Source: Tepidisphaera sp. (GTDB lineage: Bacteria; Planctomycetota; Phycisphaerae; Phycisphaerales; UBA1924). From it: a stretch of 64,000 nt of DNA. A model generated the notes under the pieces. It was not told the origin of the DNA. It ran no database searches and was given only the letters and a program-made list of their open reading frames with translations. Location of the stretch: the NCBI GenBank assembly GCA_050916045.1, contig CP051526.1:1760001-1824000 (forward strand). Reading direction: 5' to 3'. Made by a program: the position numbers and the translations under genes. Of the stretch, positions 58,819 through 64,000 are shown piece after piece. Within the stretch, counting starts at the first letter, position 1. The number at the start of each line of letters is the position of its first letter.

Positions 58819-59922
58819 ATGGAAGCAGGCATCGTCGGTCTCCCCAACGTCGGCAAATCCACCCTCTTTAACGCTCTCACCAAAGCGGGGGCGCTCGCCG
58901 CCAACTACCCCTTCGCGACCATCGAGCCCAACGTCGGGGCCGTGCCCATCCCGGACTCACGCCTCGAAATCATCCGCTCGCACATCGAAAGCCAGAAGAT
59001 CATCCCCGCCATGCTCCGCCTCGTCGACATCGCCGGCATCGTCAAAGGCGCCAGCGAGGGCGCAGGCCTGGGCAACAAGTTTCTCAGCCACATCCGCGAG
59101 GTCGACGCCATCCTCCAGGTCGTCCGCTGCTTCACCAAAGCCCCCGGCGGCGAGGACATCACCCACGTCGAAGGTTCCGTCGACCCCATCCGCGACATCG
59201 AGATCATCCACACCGAGCTCGTCCTGGCCGACCTCGAAGTCGTCCTCGGTGCCATGAGCAAAGCCGAACGCGCCGCCAAAGCCGGCGACAAAGAGTCCGT
59301 CACACGCTTCGAGGTCCTCAAGAAGCTCAAACCCCTGCTCGACAGCGGTCAGCCCGCCCGCTCGCTCAAGCTCGAGGACCCCGACCAGCAGAAATCCCTC
59401 AAGATGCTCGGCCTCATCACGACCAAGAAGGTCCTGTACGTGATGAACGTCGATGAGGATGATGTCAACGGCGAAGGCCCCCTCTGCCAGAAGGTCCGCG
59501 AGCACGCGGCCAAGGAAGGCTCCGAGGTCGTCCCCGTCTGCGCCAAGATCGAAAGCGAACTCTCCGAGCTTGGCGACGCCGACAAGCTCGAAATGCTCCA
59601 GAGCATGGGCATGAAGGAACCCGCCCTCAACCGCCTCGCGACCGCCGCTTACCACCTTCTCGGCTTGCAGTCCTACTTCACCGCGGGGCCCAAGGAAATC
59701 CGCGCCTGGACGGTCCCGATCGGCGCGACGGCTCCGCAAGCCGCCGGCGTGATCCACACCGACTTTGAAAAGGGCTTCATCCGCGCCGAGATCTACTCCG
59801 TCGCCGACCTCGAGAAGTACAAGACCGAGAAGGCGATCAAGGAAGCCGGCAAGATGCGGATCGAAGGCAAGGACTACGTCATGAAAGACGCCGACGTCTG
59901 CCACTTCCTGTTTAACAACTGA
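58819..59922 (+). CDS. ychF: Redox-regulated ribosome-binding ATPase YchF
   Basis: [78 protein letters not shown]. Confidence 0.98.
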   Translation: MEAGIVGLPNVGKSTLFNALTKAGALAANYPFATIEPNVGAVPIPDSRLEIIRSHIESQKIIPAMLRLVDIAGIVKGASEGAGLGNKFLSHIREVDAILQVVRCFTKAPGGEDITHVEGSVDPIRDIEIIHTELVLADLEVVLGAMSKAERAAKAGDKESVTRFEVLKKLKPLLDSGQPARSLKLEDPDQQKSLKMLGLITTKKVLYVMNVDEDDVNGEGPLCQKVREHAAKEGSEVVPVCAKIESELSELGDADKLEMLQSMGMKEPALNRLATAAYHLLGLQSYFTAGPKEIRAWTVPIGATAPQAAGVIHTDFEKGFIRAEIYSVADLEKYKTEKAIKEAGKMRIEGKDYVMKDADVCHFLFNN

Positions 59923-59933
59923 TGCGGCTCTTG

Positions 59934-59974
59934 GGTGGCACTGCTCTCAGGTGGCACCGCTCTTTAGAGCGGTG
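59934..59974 (+). repeat. REP-like palindrome with GTGG tag, preceded by a partial copy
   Basis: GGTGGCACTGCTCT..GTGG-CACCGCTCT-TT-AGAGCGGTG between convergent genes. Confidence 0.6.
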
Positions 59975-59986
59975 TTCTTCCCGAGC

Positions 59987-61063
59987 TCATCTCTCCCCCG
60001 CCCCAGCACCCGCAAGCGTATCAATCGACCTCTCATCACTCGCCACGGCGAGCACCGTCTTCGCCACCCCCTCCACAACCCGCGCCATCCGCTCATAGTC
60101 GAGCTTCTCAGGCGTGTCCTCCGCTTTGTGGTAGTACGGGTACCGGTACGGCGCGGTATCCGTGACCATCAGCGCCGGCCACCCCTGCTTCCAGAAGCTC
60201 CAGTGGTCGCTCGAATTGATCCGCGGCACGAGGCTCGGGAGAGCCGCGCCCTCGGCCGGCATGTCGCTCGCCGCCCGAAATGCAGCCGTGCACCGCTCGA
60301 CCCAGTCTCCGCCTCCGTTGCTCGCTGGCCCGACGAACGCGATGAAGTTCCCGACGTCCGACCGACCGATCCCCGCCAAAGGCGGATAGTCCTGCGAACC
60401 TTTCTCATCCCGGTAGTATCCGATCGTCTCAACCGAGATCATGCCATGAATCGCATCCCCGCGCTGCTTGCACGCCCGGGCGTACACCAGGCTCCCCATC
60501 TCGTCAGTCCAGAAGTACGGCGGTTCTTCATTCGTGAAGAGAGCCAAGCGGATCGTGCGGGCCGGGGTCGCGTGCCTGAGCATACGAGCGAGTTCCAGCA
60601 CGCCCGCCGTGCCGCTCGCGTTGTCGTTGGCCCCGGGACTCGCGACCCCTCGGTGATTGACGCTGTCGTAGTGCGCGCCCACGACGATGATCTCGTTCGG
60701 CCTCGCCGCTCCCTTGATCTCAACTTCAAGATTCGACACGTCGTGGCCTCGGCAGGTGTACGTCTGCCATTTCACGACGTGGCCGGCTTTGGCGAGTTGA
60801 GCCGCAAGGTAGAACTCCGCCCGCTTGAGCTGCTCCGGATGCGCGAGGTTCCGCTCGCCGATCGCTCCCGCAAGCTCCGTGACATGCCCACGAAGCCGTT
60901 CCGCAAGCGTCCGCGTATCCGGAGCCGCAAGCGGCAGCGGGTCCATCGCGCCCGGGTCCGCACCGATCATCACGCAGCCACGGAGAGCCGCAAAAGTCCC
61001 CAGGGTGACGCATGACGTCAGACCCGCCATCAAGACAGCTCGATACGTTGACCGCTTCGGCAT
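59987..61063 (-). CDS. M28 family peptidase
   Basis: IGERN, VVGAHYDS, PGANDNASG, FTNEEPP, ETIGYY, SDH.SFW, DTAPYRYP.YH...DT. Confidence 0.92.
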   Translation of the reverse strand: MPKRSTYRAVLMAGLTSCVTLGTFAALRGCVMIGADPGAMDPLPLAAPDTRTLAERLRGHVTELAGAIGERNLAHPEQLKRAEFYLAAQLAKAGHVVKWQTYTCRGHDVSNLEVEIKGAARPNEIIVVGAHYDSVNHRGVASPGANDNASGTAGVLELARMLRHATPARTIRLALFTNEEPPYFWTDEMGSLVYARACKQRGDAIHGMISVETIGYYRDEKGSQDYPPLAGIGRSDVGNFIAFVGPASNGGGDWVERCTAAFRAASDMPAEGAALPSLVPRINSSDHWSFWKQGWPALMVTDTAPYRYPYYHKAEDTPEKLDYERMARVVEGVAKTVLAVASDERSIDTLAGAGAGER

Positions 61064-61105
61064 GGACAAGTATAGCAAGCACTAACAGGAAGCGGAGGTC
61101 GCGAC

Positions 61106-61654
61106 TCACCGTTGCTCGGGAACCGCCGGCCGCAGTTCGAGCGGACCGCCCCCGACCACCACGAAGTGCCGCCGGAAGTGGAAGCCCGTCGTCGCCCGCG
61201 CGACGCCCACCGCTTCGTCCGCGCCGTCCGGAACGCCAACGAACGCACCCGTCTCGTAGCCTTTGAGCTCGAACTCCCTGCCGATCTCAAGCTTGGGTGG
61301 CCCCTCGCTCTGGTCCCGCTCGCCCCAGCCGACAACGTGCGGAGCCAGCGCGATGGCGATCCCCGGTTCCGCCGGCACACCCTCGACCGACTGAACGTCG
61401 AGCCAGAAGACGCCGCTCTCGGCTTTGCGTCCGTCGGTCGTGACGATCCCGCGGATGGTGACCAGCGAGCCCAGTTCGCGGCCGAGCAGCCCGTTGGGAA
61501 ACGGCGGACCACTCAGAGACTTTGAGCGAGCGGCCCCGTTGCCGCTTTCCGCGCTCGACGTCTTCGTTTCGCCGGGCGGCGGCGAAGCTCGCTCGCAACC
61601 CGCGACCACGACGATTCCAATCGCCACCGTGCCAGCGGGCCATTGAAGCTTCAT
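61106..61654 (-). CDS. Hypothetical lipoprotein
   Basis: Lipobox VAGC; GLLG..LG....I.G and L.GYETG.F.G.P segments; TAGACT 6 nt before the ATG. Confidence 0.7.
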   Translation of the reverse strand: MKLQWPAGTVAIGIVVVAGCERASPPPGETKTSSAESGNGAARSKSLSGPPFPNGLLGRELGSLVTIRGIVTTDGRKAESGVFWLDVQSVEGVPAEPGIAIALAPHVVGWGERDQSEGPPKLEIGREFELKGYETGAFVGVPDGADEAVGVARATTGFHFRRHFVVVGGGPLELRPAVPEQR

Positions 61655-61675
61655 GCCGACAGTCTATCGACCGGC

Positions 61676-63331
61676 TCATTTCTTCGACGCAGCCACAATC
61701 GGAAGCTCCGAAACCTCGATCCCCTCGTTCCGCTGGACGAAGTGGCGGAGGGCCCATTCATCTCCGAGCAGGACCACCGGCAGGTTGTCGCGGTCGTAGG
61801 CGATCGCCGCGTTGCTCGGGAGGTCGGGGAGCCATTCCGCGTCGGCGCCCTTGCCTTCCTGGGCTTTCCCCGGCATGCGCCACCACCGCACCATCTTGTA
61901 CACGCTCGGCTCAAGGCCGCTTTCCGCCTGATACTCCGCTTGCATGCGGTGCTGCACCACCTCGAACTGAAGCGGGCCGACGGCCGCGAGGAGCGGCGTC
62001 TTGACCTGCCCCGCCCCGACGAAGAACACCTGCACCACGCCCTCCTGCAAAAGCTGCTCAAGCCCGAGCCGGAACTTCTTCGCGTTGGCCGGCACCGGGT
62101 TCCGCAGGTACGCGAAGACCTCGGGCGTGAACCGCGGGATCTCATTGAACACGATCGCCTTGTCCTCCGCCAGCGTGTCGCCGATCCTGAGCACATCGTG
62201 CCCGACGATCCCGACGACGTCGCCCGCCCGGCCGTCCTCGACCGTCTCGCGGGCCTGGCCCATGAGCTTCTGCGCGTTCGACAAGCGGATCCGCGTGCCC
62301 GACTGCACGTGGTTGACGGTCATCTCGCGCGTGAAAGCCCCCGACACGACGCGGACGAACGCGATGCGGTCGCGGTGCCGCGGGTCCATGTTGGCCTGGA
62401 TCTTGAAGACGAACCCCGAGAACCCCGGATCTTCCGGCTTGATTTCGCGCCGCTCATCCCCCTTGGGGCCCACCGAAACGCGCGGCCCGGGCGGCGCGGA
62501 ATGCTCAAGGAAGCCGTCAAGGAGCAGCTGCACGCCGAAGTTGTTCATCGCCGACCCGAAATAGACCGGCGTCACAAGCCCCGCGAGCACGCTCTCTTCG
62601 TCAAACTCGGCCCCGGCCCCTTCGAGCATCTCGATCTGCTCCTTCGAGTTCTCGTAGACATGGTCTTCGAGCTTCTCGCGAACGGCCGGGTCGTCGAGCC
62701 CGCGCACCTCGAGCGGCGCGACGTACGCCCCGCCGGGGGTCCGCTCGAACATGTGGGCTTTCCGCGTGAGGCGGTCGTAGACGCCCTTGAACGACGGCCC
62801 GGAGCCGAGCGGCCAGTTGACGGGGAACGCCCCGATCCCGAGCACCTTCTCAAGCTCGTCAAGAAGCTCAAGCGGGTCCCGCGTCGGCCGGTCGCACTTG
62901 TTCATGAACGTGAAGATCGGCACCCCGCGCCGCCGGCAGACCTCAAAGAGCTTGCGGGTCTGCGGCTCGATGCCCTTGGCCGCATCGATCACCATGATCG
63001 CCGCATCGACCGCCGTGAGCACGCGGTACGTGTCTTCCGAAAAGTCCTTGTGGCCCGGCGTATCGAGCAGGTTGACGCGGAAGGTCTGCCCGCCCTCGGG
63101 GCCGTAATCGAACATGAGGACCGTGGATGAGATCGAGATCCCGCGCTGCTTTTCAAGCTCCATCCAGTCCGAGGTCGTCGCCCGCTGGTTCTTTCGGGCG
63201 GTGACGGACCCGGCGAGGGTCTTCTGGCCGCCGTAGAGGAGGAGCTTCTCGGTCAGGGTGGTCTTGCCCGCGTCCGGGTGCGAGATGATCGCGAAGGTGC
63301 GGCGGGGGAGTGTGGCGGGATTCACGGACAT
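61676..63331 (-). CDS. prfC: Peptide chain release factor 3
   Basis: RRTFAIISHPDAGKTTLTEKLLLYGG, SDWMELEKQRGISISS, LLDTPGHKDFSEDTYR, FKIQANMDPRHRDR, QL..EGVVQ, AVG.LQFEV. Confidence 0.97.
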   Translation of the reverse strand: MSVNPATLPRRTFAIISHPDAGKTTLTEKLLLYGGQKTLAGSVTARKNQRATTSDWMELEKQRGISISSTVLMFDYGPEGGQTFRVNLLDTPGHKDFSEDTYRVLTAVDAAIMVIDAAKGIEPQTRKLFEVCRRRGVPIFTFMNKCDRPTRDPLELLDELEKVLGIGAFPVNWPLGSGPSFKGVYDRLTRKAHMFERTPGGAYVAPLEVRGLDDPAVREKLEDHVYENSKEQIEMLEGAGAEFDEESVLAGLVTPVYFGSAMNNFGVQLLLDGFLEHSAPPGPRVSVGPKGDERREIKPEDPGFSGFVFKIQANMDPRHRDRIAFVRVVSGAFTREMTVNHVQSGTRIRLSNAQKLMGQARETVEDGRAGDVVGIVGHDVLRIGDTLAEDKAIVFNEIPRFTPEVFAYLRNPVPANAKKFRLGLEQLLQEGVVQVFFVGAGQVKTPLLAAVGPLQFEVVQHRMQAEYQAESGLEPSVYKMVRWWRMPGKAQEGKGADAEWLPDLPSNAAIAYDRDNLPVVLLGDEWALRHFVQRNEGIEVSELPIVAASKK

Positions 63332-63352
63332 AGGCCGGAGGGTAGGGGGAAG

Positions 63353-63499
63353 CCGCCCCGTCCGAGCGGCGGGCCGGGTTTCCTCGGCGGCGTGCCGGGA
63401 CTCCCGGGAGTGGAGCAGCCATGCCCGAGCGGCGCGCCCGTACTCCCGGGAGTGGCGCCGCCATTCCCGAGCGGCGCGCCGGGACTCCCGGGAATGGTG
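63353..63499. repeat. Degenerate 21-nt tandem array A (7 units, 42-nt higher-order alternation)
   Basis: CCGGGACTCCCGGGAGTGGAG / CAGCCATGCCCGAGCGGCGCG / CCCGTACTCCCGGGAGTGGCG / CCGCCATTCCCGAGCGGCGCG / CCGGGACTCCCGGGAATGGTG. Confidence 0.85.
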
Positions 63500-63517
63500 G
63501 CACCCCGCCACCCTCCG

Positions 63518-63706
63518 GGCCGTCCGGATGTTCACACGGACGGACCGGAGGTTTATCCGGACCGGTCGGATGTTCAAACAGACGGTTCGGACGCTCGCCC
63601 GAACGGTTCGGACACGCGTCCGAACGGTTCGGACACGCGTCCGAACGGTTCGGACATGTGGGCGGGCGCGTGGGATGCTCGTCCGAGCGGATCGGAAAGT
63701 CCCGTG
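63518..63706. repeat. Degenerate 21-nt tandem array B (~9 units)
   Basis: Core AACGGTTCGGACACGCGTCCG present twice exactly (63602-63643), decaying outward. Confidence 0.88.
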
Positions 63707-63776
63707 CGCGAGCCGCGGGGGTGTTGAGGAACTCCGGGTGGCATCCTCCGCGCGCCCGCCGCGGTAGACTGCCTTC

Positions 63777-64000
63777 ATGCGGCTGCTCACTCGCAAAATC
63801 CACCGGGCGTTTCCGGAGCTTGACTCCTACGACGATGAGCACTGCGAGCGGTTCATCAAGTCCGCGCGGAGCAATCCGTGGGTCATGCTGCTGCACACCG
63901 GGGTGATCCTCGCGGTGACGCTCCCGCTGCTCCTGCTGGGGATCATCGGGGCGGCGTGGCTTTCGGAAAAGTGGCGTGTCTTTGAGTACGGCGATGTGCT
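63777..64000 (+). CDS. 5' part of a hypothetical membrane protein (runs off window edge)
   Basis: Manual translation MRLLTRKIHRAFPELDSYDDEHCERFIKSARSNPWVMLLHTGVILAVTLPLLLLGIIGAAWL...; open to the window end; TAGACT 6 nt before the ATG. Confidence 0.7.
   Translation, partial: MRLLTRKIHRAFPELDSYDDEHCERFIKSARSNPWVMLLHTGVILAVTLPLLLLGIIGAAWLSEKWRVFEYGDV

Noticed and set aside
63353..63706. Possible CRISPR array
   Set aside because: Units are contiguous with no unique spacers, and there are no cas genes in the window.
63332..63796. 154-aa N-terminal extension of prfC in the ORF track
   Set aside because: It is read-through of the stop-free 21-nt arrays. RF3 homology starts at RRTFAIISHPDAGKT and a TACCCT box sits 7 nt before ATG 63331.

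Overview
High-GC bacterial chromosomal window, most likely from a planctomycete of the class Phycisphaerae. This is inferred from a GC-ending dockerin-like anchor protein, a Planctomycete/Verrucomicrobia-restricted small protein, pilin-like paralogs and a DUF1800/DUF1501 pair. It holds about 52 genes. The centrepiece is a ~16.4 kb operon encoding alternative complex III (actABCDEF plus an actG-like gene), SCO and an A2-type caa3 oxidase, with a divergent heme A synthase. System II cytochrome c maturation genes lie earlier in the window. The rest is housekeeping (pyk, eno, ychF, prfC, tag, phoU), two glycoside hydrolases, envelope proteins and paralogous secreted proteins. I saw no rRNA, tRNA, CRISPR array, transposase or prophage. 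The most unusual signals are: (1) a DUF559 endonuclease gene bracketed by hairpin-palindrome repeats whose outer copies differ only by a compensatory base-pair swap, a REPIN/RAYT-like layout with a different nuclease; (2) about 16 genes with a TANNNT box 5-9 nt before the ATG, suggesting leaderless mRNAs; (3) degenerate 21-nt tandem arrays, one intergenic and one in frame inside a beta-mannosidase; (4) candidate extra subunits and His-rich tails in the ACIII-caa3 operon; (5) a cassette of secreted beta-helix and fibre-like proteins. All functional calls come from motif recognition by eye; no database searches were run.
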